Shown here: one piece after another, positions 36,888-47,054 of the stretch
Layout of the letters: each line of letters opens with the position of its first letter
How positions within the stretch are numbered: the first letter of the stretch is position 1
Assembly (NCBI GenBank): GCA_040754455.1
Contig: JBFMCP010000019.1
Span: forward strand, 6,385 to 60,635
Origin: Nitrospirota bacterium
GTDB lineage: Bacteria; Nitrospirota; Thermodesulfovibrionia; Thermodesulfovibrionales; Dissulfurispiraceae
DNA: 54,251 bases
Direction: 5' to 3'
Made by a program: the position numbers and the translations under genes
The notes under the pieces: generated by a model
What the model was told of the DNA's origin: nothing
The model's input: the letters and a program-made list of their open reading frames with translations, nothing else
Databases searched by the model: none

Positions 36888-38594
36888 TTATCTTATATAC
36901 GCCTCGGTGACGTATCTCCTCATCATCCGGTGTGAATTAAAATAGTAGGCGTTCTTGCCGATGGCGTTCTGCATGACCCTGATCCAGAGTTTCTTCTCGT
37001 TGTAGAACATGGGAATGATCATGGCCTCGAGCTTGTAGTAGAGGTCGTCGGCATCACGCGCCGGATCTGCGGGGACATCAGGAGAGGGCCCGATGGCCCA
37101 GCCGGTGTATCCCTCGATGTGTCCCTCAATCCACCACCCGTCGAGGACGCTGAAATTGGGCACACCGTTGTGGGTTGCCTTCATGCCGCTCGTCCCCGAG
37201 GCCTCGAGCGGCCTGAGCGGCGTGTTGAGCCATACGTCGACGCCGGAAATGATTTTCAGCGCCAGGTCCATATTATAGTTTTTGAGAAAGGCGATCTTGA
37301 TCTTGTCCTTCAGCCGTTCCTTTATCTCGAATATTCGCTGGATCAGCGCTTTCCCCGATTCATCGCGGGGATGCGCCTTCCCTGCATAGACGATCTGGAG
37401 CCTTCCTTCGCCGATACGGGCAAGCTTATCGACATCGGTGAAGAGGAGGTCGGCTCTCTTATAGGCGGTGGCCCTTCGCGCAAAGCCGATGGTCAGCGTG
37501 TCGTAATTCATTCCCGTCTGTGTCTCGCGATTGACGTAATCGATGAGGACCTTCTTTGCTTCCATATGGGCCGCCCAGAGCTCATCGTCGGGGATGCGCC
37601 CTACGCGGACGAATATTTCGGGCTCGTTCGCCCAGCCCGGCAGGTATTTGTCATAGAGCTTTTTAAAGCTGTCGCAGGTCCAGGTGAAGGAATGCACGCC
37701 GTTCGTGATGGCGTTGATCGCGTAGCCGGGAAACATGCCCTTTGAGACCTCTCCGTGCTTTTTGGCCACGCCATTGATGTAGTTGCTGAGGTTCAGCGCA
37801 AGGAGGGTCATATTGAGGTGTTCTTTGCCGCCGAACTCCTTTATCGCCTCGATGGGGATGATCTCTTCCATGATCTGCTGCACGACGCTATAAGAAAACT
37901 TGTCATGTCCGGCAGCCACCGGCGTATGGGTGGTGAAGACGCAGAGGCTCCTGATCTTTTCGATATCCCAGACGAGCCGCTCGTCCCACACCTCTTCGAT
38001 ATCTCTCTTGTACCGCTTTAGCAGCTCGAGCGTGAGCAGGCTCGAATGTCCCTCGTTCATGTGATATTTCTTTATCTCGAAGCCGAGTTCATCGAGCATG
38101 CGCGTGCCGCCGATGCCGAGGACGATCTCCTGTTTGAGGCGGTAATTCGAATCACCGCCATAGAGGTAGTAGGTGATGCCCCGGTCCTGCGCATCGTTTT
38201 CAGGGAGATCGGTATCGAGATAGATGATGGGCACCTTTCCTCCCGTAGCACTCTCCACGAGGTAGAGCCACGCGCCGATGACGACCTCTCTCTTTTCGAT
38301 GAAGACGCTGACCTTCTCCTTCAGGGGCGACATGAAGCGGGCGGGGTCGAGCTCATCGGGGAGTTCGGTCTGTCTGCCGTAGATATCGAGGTCCTGTTTG
38401 AAGTACCCTTTTCTGGTCAGGATCGATACAGCGACCATGGGGAGCTTCAGGTCCGCTGCGGATTTGATGGTGTCGCCGGCGAGCACGCCGAGGCCGCCGC
38501 TGTAGGTCGGCATATCGCTCCTCGTGCCGATCTCCATGGAGAAGTAGGCAATCTTTGGTTCTTTTATGAAAACATCGATTGACGCTTGATTCAT
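36888..38594 (-). CDS. glgP: Alpha-glucan phosphorylase
   Basis: YSGGLGVLAGD, NEGH, FTTHTP, ARRATAYKR, EASGTSGMKA PLP motif. Confidence 0.93.
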   Translation of the reverse strand: MNQASIDVFIKEPKIAYFSMEIGTRSDMPTYSGGLGVLAGDTIKSAADLKLPMVAVSILTRKGYFKQDLDIYGRQTELPDELDPARFMSPLKEKVSVFIEKREVVIGAWLYLVESATGGKVPIIYLDTDLPENDAQDRGITYYLYGGDSNYRLKQEIVLGIGGTRMLDELGFEIKKYHMNEGHSSLLTLELLKRYKRDIEEVWDERLVWDIEKIRSLCVFTTHTPVAAGHDKFSYSVVQQIMEEIIPIEAIKEFGGKEHLNMTLLALNLSNYINGVAKKHGEVSKGMFPGYAINAITNGVHSFTWTCDSFKKLYDKYLPGWANEPEIFVRVGRIPDDELWAAHMEAKKVLIDYVNRETQTGMNYDTLTIGFARRATAYKRADLLFTDVDKLARIGEGRLQIVYAGKAHPRDESGKALIQRIFEIKERLKDKIKIAFLKNYNMDLALKIISGVDVWLNTPLRPLEASGTSGMKATHNGVPNFSVLDGWWIEGHIEGYTGWAIGPSPDVPADPARDADDLYYKLEAMIIPMFYNEKKLWIRVMQNAIGKNAYYFNSHRMMRRYVTEAYIR

Positions 38595-38650
38595 TCGCTG
38601 TTCCTCCTCACATCCCTAACAAAGAGTATATCGAAAAAAGAAAGGATAGC

Positions 38651-39472
38651 CTACACCGGCGGCAAGCCGTGCGCCCTTTTCAGCAATTCCTCGAGCGCAG
38701 CCGCCCCCTCGTCACCGATATCGAGGGTATAGTCATTCACATACAGGGCGATATGGTTCATGATCACCTCATCGGAGAGTTCCTGGGCATAGCGCTTGAT
38801 AGAGGGCATAGCCTCATCCCTATGCTCCAGCGCATATTGTACACTTGATTTGATAAGGTCTTCAATCGTTGCGATCACCGGCTCGCCGAGCGACCTTTTT
38901 GCGATGATGCCGCCGAGGGGAATCGGCAGCCCTGTTTCTTTCTCCCACCATTCCCCGAGATCAATGATCTTTGCGAGCCCATGCTGCCGGTAGGTGAAGC
39001 GGCTTTCATGGATGATCAGACCGGCATCCGCAGTGCCGGCGCTGACCGCCTGCATGATCTCGTGAAAAGGCATGACCACAAAGTTCGAAAGGTTAAGGTC
39101 AACGTTGGAAGCGAAGTAGAGCCGTAAAAGGAGAAAGGCGGTGGTCAGTCTGCCGGGCACGGCGATCTTCAATTGGTCCGCGGGGTTCCCGGAGAAAAAC
39201 TTTTTTGAATCCCGCGCTACGATGAGCGGCCCGCATCCCCGCCCCAGTGCCCCGCCTGACCGCAGGAAACGGTAGTCCTTCTGCAGATGGTAATAGGCGT
39301 GGCTGGATATTTTGGTGACATCGAGCGTCCGCTTTATTGCGTGCGTATTCAGCGTTTCCACATCTTCGATAAAGAGTTCGAAGTCGAGCCCGCGCGTGTC
39401 GATTTTTTTGTTCGCCAAGGCGTAAAAGATAAACGTGTCATTAGGACACGGAGAAAAACCCAAACGTATCAT
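38651..39472 (-). CDS. mqnD: 1,4-dihydroxy-6-naphthoate synthase (futalosine pathway)
   Basis: SPCPNDTF, DVETLN, G.GCGP, IIHE.RF, PIPLG, HI.LYVN. Confidence 0.93.
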   Translation of the reverse strand: MIRLGFSPCPNDTFIFYALANKKIDTRGLDFELFIEDVETLNTHAIKRTLDVTKISSHAYYHLQKDYRFLRSGGALGRGCGPLIVARDSKKFFSGNPADQLKIAVPGRLTTAFLLLRLYFASNVDLNLSNFVVMPFHEIMQAVSAGTADAGLIIHESRFTYRQHGLAKIIDLGEWWEKETGLPIPLGGIIAKRSLGEPVIATIEDLIKSSVQYALEHRDEAMPSIKRYAQELSDEVIMNHIALYVNDYTLDIGDEGAAALEELLKRAHGLPPV

Positions 39473-39602
39473 ATGTTTAGAATTGTAGCATTAAATCGCC
39501 CTCCTTTACCAGAAGAGGAGATGATCCTTCACTAGGGGAAAGAAGAAGGCGGTTGCAAAGTATAGTACAATTGTAGGTAGAACTAATGATAAGGGAGGAT
39601 GT

Positions 39603-40532
<930 letters not shown>

Positions 40533-40702
40533 AGGTTGACCGATACGCCGGGATGCCGCTATATCGGTCTTTTCTGCTGATTCTCTGACGGTTGATAATT
40601 TGTCTGTTTTTCTTTTAATTTCATAAATCATCAATCATAAGTCTGAAATCACAAGTTTGCTCTTGAAAAATAAGCAGTATTTATGATAACCTCTTAAGTT
40701 AA

Positions 40703-40830
40703 AACACACGTCCGGAGAAAATTCTCCAATGGTCCTGAAAAGACAAATAAGAAGTAGGAGATAAGAAGTTCTCACTTCTTACTTCTCAATCGTCTTTTCG
40801 GGTGCGGAGAATTTGGACGGAGGAAAAAAC
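40703..40830 (+). ncRNA. rpsB leader (t44 / S2 autoregulatory-like structure)
   Basis: ACACAC start; nested stems GTCC/GGAC, AAATTCTCC/GGAGAATTT and CCTGAAAAGAC/GTCTTTTCGGG; position directly upstream of rpsB. Confidence 0.65.
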
Positions 40831-40844
40831 CATGAGGAGGAACC

Positions 40845-41618
40845 ATGAGTGTCGTAACAATGAAGGAGTTGCTCGAGGCCGGCGTCCATTTCGGACACCA
40901 GGTAAAGCGCTGGAACCCGAAGATGAAGAAGTTTATCTTCGGCGAACGGAACGGTATCCACATTGTCGATCTTCAGAAGACCCTGAAGGGACTGGTGGAG
41001 GCCTATAACTTTATCAAGGAGGTCTCCGCTACCGGCGCGCCGGTACTGTTCGTAGGGACCAAGAAGCAGGCGCAGGATGCCATTGCCGACGAGGCGAAAA
41101 GGGCTGGCGCCTTCTATGTCAACAACCGGTGGCTTGGCGGTATGCTGACCAACTTTGCTACCGTCAAAAAGAGTATCGAGCGGCTGAAAAAGATAGAGGC
41201 GATGAAAGAGGACGGTACGTATGATGTCCTGAAGAAAAAGGAAGTCGGCATGCTCGAGAAGGAGCGAATGAATCTTGAGAAGAACCTGAGCGGCATCAAG
41301 GATATGCCCGGACTGCCCGGTGCGCTCTTTATCGTTGATCCGCGCAAGGAGCGGATTGCGGTGGCAGAGGCCAGGAGGCTCTCGATTCCGATCGTGGCGG
41401 TGGTCGACACCAACTGTGATCCCGATGAAGTGGACTACGTTATTCCGGGTAACGATGATGCCATCCGGGCCATCAAGCTCATCTCATCCAAAATGGCCGA
41501 GGCGATCATAGAGAGCAAAAATGTCCTTGCAAAGGCACAGGAAGAAGCAGCGGCAAAGGAAGCAATGGAAGAGAAGGCCGCGCAGGATGCGGGTAATAAG
41601 GAGGAGGTTTCAGCATGA
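40845..41618 (+). CDS. rpsB: 30S ribosomal protein S2
   Basis: [36 protein letters not shown]. Confidence 0.98.
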   Translation: MSVVTMKELLEAGVHFGHQVKRWNPKMKKFIFGERNGIHIVDLQKTLKGLVEAYNFIKEVSATGAPVLFVGTKKQAQDAIADEAKRAGAFYVNNRWLGGMLTNFATVKKSIERLKKIEAMKEDGTYDVLKKKEVGMLEKERMNLEKNLSGIKDMPGLPGALFIVDPRKERIAVAEARRLSIPIVAVVDTNCDPDEVDYVIPGNDDAIRAIKLISSKMAEAIIESKNVLAKAQEEAAAKEAMEEKAAQDAGNKEEVSA

Positions 41619-42235
41619 CAGTAACATCAGGGATGGTCAAGGAGCTGCGCGAGAAGACCGGAGCAGGTCTCATGGACTGCAAGCGCGCTCTTTCGGATAG
41701 CGGCGGTGATATGGAAAAGGCGATCGATGCGCTCAGGCAGAAGGGGCTCGCCACTGCTGCGAAGAAGTCGAGCAGGGTCGCTTCGGAGGGCCTGATCGGT
41801 TCGTATATCCATATGGATAAACTCGGCGTGCTCGTCGAAGTGAACTGCGAAACCGACTTTGTGGCGAGGACCGATGAGTTCAGAGAGCTGGTAAAAGATA
41901 TCGCGATGCACATCGCAGCGGCAAACCCCGCTTATGTATCCCGTGAAGAGATACCCCAGGATGTCATCGAGCGCGAAAAGGAGATCTATCGCGGACAGGT
42001 TGCCAACAAACCCCCGCAGGTAGTGGAGAAGATTCTCGAGGGAAAGCTCGAGAAGTTCTACAGCGACACCTGCCTTGTCGATCAGATATTCATCAAGGAT
42101 CCCGAAGGTAAAAAGAAAGTAAAAGATCTCGTTACCGAAAAGATCGCGAAGATCGGCGAAAATATTGTCATCCGGCGGTTTGCACGGTTCCAGCTCGGTG
42201 AGGGCCTGGAAAAGAAAGCAGCCTGTGGAGCCTAA
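41615..42235 (+). CDS. tsf: Elongation factor Ts (short form)
   Basis: [26 protein letters not shown]; 206 aa. Confidence 0.97.
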   Translation: MTVTSGMVKELREKTGAGLMDCKRALSDSGGDMEKAIDALRQKGLATAAKKSSRVASEGLIGSYIHMDKLGVLVEVNCETDFVARTDEFRELVKDIAMHIAAANPAYVSREEIPQDVIEREKEIYRGQVANKPPQVVEKILEGKLEKFYSDTCLVDQIFIKDPEGKKKVKDLVTEKIAKIGENIVIRRFARFQLGEGLEKKAACGA

Positions 42236-42992
42236 AAAGAGCAAGAAGACAGCCGGATCTTCGGGGGGCCGTCAGGCCCTTCGGAGTAGGTATAAGAGGA
42301 TACTCCTCAAGGTTAGCGGCGAGGCCTTGATGGGTGACCGTGGATATGGTATCGACCCTGACACAGTGCAGTTCATGGCCGCCGAGATCAAGAAAGTCGC
42401 TGACATGGGCGTGCAGATCGCCGTTGTTATCGGCGGCGGCAATATTTTTAGAGGGGTTGAGGCCTCGGTAAAAGGAATGGAGCGGGCATCGGCCGATTAT
42501 ATGGGAATGCTCGCTACGGTGATCAATGCCCTTGCCCTGCAGAATGCCCTGGAGCGGCTCGGCATGCAGACGAGGGTGCAGTCCGCCATCGAGATGCGGG
42601 AGCTGGCAGAGCCCTATATCAGGAGGAGAGCGGTGCGCCACCTCGAAAAGGGGAGGGTCGTCATCTTTGCCGCCGGGACCGGCAATCCCTATTTTACGAC
42701 CGATACCGCTGCCGCCCTCCGCGCCATGGAGATCGGCGCTGATGTAATCCTCAAGGGCACCAAGGTGGACGGCGTGTATACCGCAGATCCTGTCAAGGAT
42801 GTATCGGCAAAAAAATACGAAGCTATCACCTATATCGAGGTGCTCAAAAACAACCTCAAGGTCATGGATTCCACAGCGATAACGCTCTGTATGGATAACA
42901 AGCTTCCTATAGTTGTCTTTAGCATTAAAAAGGCAGATAATATTAGAAACATTATGCTGGGCGAGCGGATTGGAACCGTTGTCTCAGCGTAG
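42225..42992 (+). CDS. pyrH: Uridylate kinase
   Basis: [27 protein letters not shown] start inferred. Confidence 0.96.
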   Translation: MEPKKSKKTAGSSGGRQALRSRYKRILLKVSGEALMGDRGYGIDPDTVQFMAAEIKKVADMGVQIAVVIGGGNIFRGVEASVKGMERASADYMGMLATVINALALQNALERLGMQTRVQSAIEMRELAEPYIRRRAVRHLEKGRVVIFAAGTGNPYFTTDTAAALRAMEIGADVILKGTKVDGVYTADPVKDVSAKKYEAITYIEVLKNNLKVMDSTAITLCMDNKLPIVVFSIKKADNIRNIMLGERIGTVVSA

Positions 42993-43054
42993 CTGAAAAT
43001 AAGGGCGCGGGCAAGGTAACAGCCCTGAATCGATAGGAACCTTGGGAGTGGAAC

Positions 43055-43609
43055 ATGCAGGAACTGAAAAAAAAGGCAAATGATAAAATGTCCGGAGCTG
43101 TTGAATCACTCAAGAAGGATCTCATGACAATGAGGACCGGGAGAGCGACCCTCTCGCTGCTCGACGGTATCTCGGTGGACTACTACGGAACGCCGACTCC
43201 GCTCAACCAGGTGGCGGCGCTCAGTGTGCCCGACGCGCGGCAGATCACCATCCAGCCCTGGGAGCAGAAGCTCATCTCTGAAATAGAGAAGGCGATCCTG
43301 AAGTCCGATCTCGGGCTTACGCCCAGCAATGACGGCAAGGTGATCCGGCTGACGATACCGATGCTCACCGAAGAACGCAGAAAGCAGCTGGTCAAGGTAG
43401 TAAGGAAACGCGCGGAAGAAGCGAAGATCGCTGTTCGTAACATCCGGAGAGACATTATCGATGAGCTCAAGAAATCGGAGAAGGAAAAGCACCTGAGCGA
43501 GGATGATGTCAAGCGGTTCCAGGAGGAAGTACAGAAGATCACCGACTCCTATATCCATAAAGTCGACGAGACCGTACAACATAAAGAAAAAGAAATCATG
43601 GAGGTTTAG
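43055..43609 (+). CDS. frr: Ribosome recycling factor
   Basis: [26 protein letters not shown]. Confidence 0.97.
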   Translation: MQELKKKANDKMSGAVESLKKDLMTMRTGRATLSLLDGISVDYYGTPTPLNQVAALSVPDARQITIQPWEQKLISEIEKAILKSDLGLTPSNDGKVIRLTIPMLTEERRKQLVKVVRKRAEEAKIAVRNIRRDIIDELKKSEKEKHLSEDDVKRFQEEVQKITDSYIHKVDETVQHKEKEIMEV

Positions 43610-43610
43610 T

Positions 43611-43748
43611 GTGCCGACCAATAGTAATTTTATGGTGAAAGTAACGGATGCCAAACTGACGGATATCCAGAAGGCCCTTGAGCAGGCGGGTATCAAGATC
43701 AGGAGTATTGTGGAAGTCTTCAAAGAGGAAGCAGCCGCGAAAGAATAA
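43611..43748 (+). CDS. 45-aa small protein
   Basis: GGAGG then GTG just after the frr stop; MPTNSNFMVKVTDAKLTDIQKALEQAGIKIRSIVEVFKEEAAAKE. Confidence 0.6.
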   Translation: MPTNSNFMVKVTDAKLTDIQKALEQAGIKIRSIVEVFKEEAAAKE

Positions 43749-43854
43749 GATTGTTCGTAGCGGTATAGCGTTATGGAGGAGCGCGTTTGCTCGAGAAGTG
43801 GGCGCGACGCGCTGAGGCTCGACGCACGGGCGCTATAGACGCATTCGAGGAGGA

Positions 43855-44385
43855 ATGATGCCACAGAAACCAAAAGCAAAAACAAAAGCAAAGCCGGCTG
43901 CGAAGACGAAACCGTCGGCAAAAGCAAAACCGGCGGCGAAGGCAAAGGCGAGCGTAAAGGAAGCGCCGAAGAAAGCAGCAAAGAAGCCTCTTGTCATAGA
44001 AGATGAAGCTACAAGGAAGGAGCGACTGCGCAAGCTCCTCATCCAGAAGAGAGAGGATATCATCCAGGAGGCCAAGAACGAGATAAAGAAGTTCAAGACA
44101 GGAGAACGGCGCCAGCTGGTCGAGACCGTGCTGGACGACGGAGACATGTCCGTTGTCGATCTTGCCGAAGATATCAGCCTGAAGCAGCTGGGCACCCACC
44201 GTGAGACGCTTATGAAAATCGATGCCGCCTTAAGGAAGCTGGAAGAAGGCACCTACGGCATCTGCGAGGAGTGCGGTGAAGAGATCAGCGAAGAGCGGCT
44301 GAAGATTATGCCTTTTGCCATCTACTGCAAGGATGACCAGGAAAAGAAAGAGATGATGGATAAACTGGAGCGCGAAGGCCAGTAG
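43855..44385 (+). CDS. dksA: DksA/TraR family protein with Lys/Ala/Pro-rich N-terminus
   Basis: Coiled coil with DDGD tip; IDAALRKL..GTYGICEECG..I..ERL...P.A.YC. Confidence 0.85.
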   Translation: MMPQKPKAKTKAKPAAKTKPSAKAKPAAKAKASVKEAPKKAAKKPLVIEDEATRKERLRKLLIQKREDIIQEAKNEIKKFKTGERRQLVETVLDDGDMSVVDLAEDISLKQLGTHRETLMKIDAALRKLEEGTYGICEECGEEISEERLKIMPFAIYCKDDQEKKEMMDKLEREGQ

Positions 44386-44401
44386 CAAAACGACAAATTC
44401 C

Positions 44402-44452
44402 AAATCCTAAACTCAAAATATTTTGGAAATTAGATAGTTGAGTTTAGGATTT
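44402..44452. repeat. Inverted repeat between convergent genes
   Basis: AAATCCTAAACTCAA ... TTGAGTTTAGGATTT (15-bp arms). Confidence 0.65.
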
Positions 44453-44463
44453 TTTATTTTTTG

Positions 44464-45231
44464 TCAGTAGATTATTTTCTCGAGGAACAATCCGTGTGCC
44501 GGCGCCGTAGGGCCGGCACCATTCCTGTCCCTTGATAACAAGAGTTCCCTCATTGTTTCCGGAGCACGCCTCCCCTTTCCTGCCTCGACTGCTGTACCCA
44601 CGATGTTCCGCACCATATGCCGCAGGAAGGCATCGCCTTCGACGACGATTTTGATAAACCGCCCCGGTATGTCGATGGTCATGAAGCTGATGGCATCGAG
44701 GTGTTCGACCGAGAGGGAAGTGATAGTCCTCACCGTGCTTCGCGCACCGCAGCCGCTCGCCCTGAAGGCCGAAAAATCATGGGTCCCTCGGAGATGCTCC
44801 AGCGCCCGGCGCATGGCGGCGATATCGAGCGCTTGCGGGACCCTCCAGACGTAGCGATAAAGAAAGGGAGACAGGATACGCGAGGATGCGATCATATAAA
44901 AATAACGCTTGCCCTTTGCGTCATAGCGGGGATGAAAATCACTCCGTTCCTCGCGGGCATCAAGGATGCGTATGGCGTCGGGGAGGTGTGCATTGAGTGC
45001 CGCCTTGATCGTCCCGGCAGGGAGCTCCGAGGCGGTCGTGAAGGCTGCAACCTGCTCGATTGCATGGACCCCTGCATCGGTTCTCCCTGCTCCGGTCACG
45101 GTAGCCTGCTCGCCGGTAACGGCGGTGAGGGCTTCCTGGAGCGTGCCCTGTATGCTGCTGCCGTTCGGCTGCACCTGCCAGCCATGGTAATCGGTGCCGT
45201 CGTACTGTACTGCAAGTCTGATTGTCCTCAT
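44464..45231 (-). CDS. truA: tRNA pseudouridine(38-40) synthase
   Basis: YDGT.YHGWQ, GRTDAGVHA, HDFSAF, FLRHMVR, TAPAHGL. Confidence 0.95.
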   Translation of the reverse strand: MRTIRLAVQYDGTDYHGWQVQPNGSSIQGTLQEALTAVTGEQATVTGAGRTDAGVHAIEQVAAFTTASELPAGTIKAALNAHLPDAIRILDAREERSDFHPRYDAKGKRYFYMIASSRILSPFLYRYVWRVPQALDIAAMRRALEHLRGTHDFSAFRASGCGARSTVRTITSLSVEHLDAISFMTIDIPGRFIKIVVEGDAFLRHMVRNIVGTAVEAGKGRRAPETMRELLLSRDRNGAGPTAPAHGLFLEKIIY

Positions 45232-45349
45232 GCATACATAGTTTAGCATAAGGTTGTAGTGCCTACAGATAAAGAGTATAATAAGAGCAAGTAAAAAGTT
45301 CAAAGAAGGCTCTTCCGCAGTATCTTGATATCTGAAAGGGGTTTTTTTT

Positions 45350-46132
45350 GTGATACGACATACATTCTCGCTGCTCAACGGCATCGGCGAAAAGCTGGAG
45401 CGCGTCCTTTGGAAACGGGGCATTCTTACCTGGGACAAATTCTGCACCTGCAAGGAAATCGACGGCATAAGCCCTGAACGTAAAAAGCTCTATGATGACC
45501 AGCTTGCGCAGGCTTCTATGGAACTCGGCGTCGGCAATGCAGAATATTTTGCACGGATTATGAAACGACGGGAGCACTGGCGGCTTTTTGACGCATTCAG
45601 GGACGGCGCCGTATGTCTTGATATAGAGACCAACGGCTTTCAGCCGGGGCAGGGGGGATATGTGACGGTCGTCGGATTGTATGATGGACACGACTGGAAG
45701 AGCTTTGTCAGAGGAGAGAATCTCACCACGGAGGGCCTCAATCATGCATTGAAAGGGTACAAGTGCCTGATCACCTTCTATGGGGCCGTCTTCGATATCC
45801 CCTTTCTCCTCAGATCTTTTCCTGGTGTGCGTTTCGATATCCCCCACTTCGACCTCTGTTTCGCCGCACGACGGCTCGAGCTCAACGGCGGACTGAAAAA
45901 GCTCGAGACGCTCTTCGGTATCGAGCGGGACGAAGCAGTGAAAGGCATGAGCGGGTATGATGCAGTAAAATTATGGGAGCAGGCCCGAAAAGGGAACGCC
46001 GAGGCCCGGGAGCTGCTCCTGACCTACAACAGGGAAGACACGATGAACCTCCTGCAACTCGCCGATATACTCTATCAGCGGATGAGGAGCTCGACTGGAA
46101 TAGAGGAGTACACCGCCTGTGGATGTAATTAA
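45350..46132 (+). CDS. RNase H-like (YprB/DEDD-like) exonuclease with N-terminal helix-hairpin-helix-like segment
   Basis: GIGEK..R..W, LDIET.G, TFYG..FD.PFL, H.DL, GGLKKLE, YNRED. Confidence 0.82.
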   Translation: MIRHTFSLLNGIGEKLERVLWKRGILTWDKFCTCKEIDGISPERKKLYDDQLAQASMELGVGNAEYFARIMKRREHWRLFDAFRDGAVCLDIETNGFQPGQGGYVTVVGLYDGHDWKSFVRGENLTTEGLNHALKGYKCLITFYGAVFDIPFLLRSFPGVRFDIPHFDLCFAARRLELNGGLKKLETLFGIERDEAVKGMSGYDAVKLWEQARKGNAEARELLLTYNREDTMNLLQLADILYQRMRSSTGIEEYTACGCN

Positions 46133-46994
46133 GTCCTTTACCGACTATCTCACCATCGAGCGGGGATTATCAAAGAACACCGTCGAATCCTACGCCCTTG
46201 ACCTCAAGGCATTCGCCGGATTCCTTGAAGAGGACGACGGCATGATCACCTCGTTCAAAAGAGATGACATCATCAATTACATCGGCAGGCTCAAGAATAA
46301 TGGCTATTCGACATCGAGCATCTGCCGGTTCATTTCGACGATAAAGGGCTTCTGCAAATTTCTGGTCATCGAGAGAATGATCACCGAAAATCCTTCGGAG
46401 ACGATCAGGACTCCGAAGCAGTGGGACCGTCTGCCGAAAGCGCTCAGCATCAGCGACGTCAAGAAACTGCTCGAGGTGGAGCTTGCGACCACGACCTTTG
46501 TCAGAGATTCGGCAATGCTCGAGCTCCTCTACTCTTCAGGGTTGCGGGTGAGCGAGATTGTCGCGCTCAAAATCAACGATGTCCATTTTGATGCGGGATT
46601 TCTGAGGATCATGGGTAAAGGCTCGAAGGAGCGGGTGGTGCCGATGAACCATCGTGCGGCAGAGAAGATAAAACGGTATCTGTATGAAGTGCGGCCGGTC
46701 CTGCTCAAACACCGACAGTCACCCTATCTCTTTTTGAGCAACCGGGGAACGCCGATGACGCGGCAGCGCTTCTGGCAGGCACTGAAGTACCTGGGAAATG
46801 CCGCCGGCGTACATCTTACTCCCCACACCCTCAGGCACACCTTTGCCACGCATCTCCTGGACGGCGGTGCCGACTTGCGGTCCGTACAGAAGATGCTGGG
46901 GCATTCCGATATCTCGACGACACAGATTTATACCAAAGTATCTGCAGAGAGAATCAGAAAAGTATATACCGAGCATCACCCGCGAGCTAAATAG
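46119..46994 (+). CDS. xerD: Site-specific tyrosine recombinase XerD
   Basis: ERGLS.NT..Y, LELLYSSGLRVSE, GKGSKER, HTLRHTFATHLL, LGHSDISTTQIYT, HPRA. Confidence 0.93.
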   Translation: MDVIKSFTDYLTIERGLSKNTVESYALDLKAFAGFLEEDDGMITSFKRDDIINYIGRLKNNGYSTSSICRFISTIKGFCKFLVIERMITENPSETIRTPKQWDRLPKALSISDVKKLLEVELATTTFVRDSAMLELLYSSGLRVSEIVALKINDVHFDAGFLRIMGKGSKERVVPMNHRAAEKIKRYLYEVRPVLLKHRQSPYLFLSNRGTPMTRQRFWQALKYLGNAAGVHLTPHTLRHTFATHLLDGGADLRSVQKMLGHSDISTTQIYTKVSAERIRKVYTEHHPRAK

Positions 46995-47054
46995 AACCAG
47001 CACGCATGGTTCGTCGATTACCTATAAAGAGAGCTGGATCGGAAGGAGGACTAT

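Noticed and set aside
46119..46994. Phage or mobile-element integrase
   Set aside because: Motifs and length match housekeeping XerD; no phage genes or att sites nearby.
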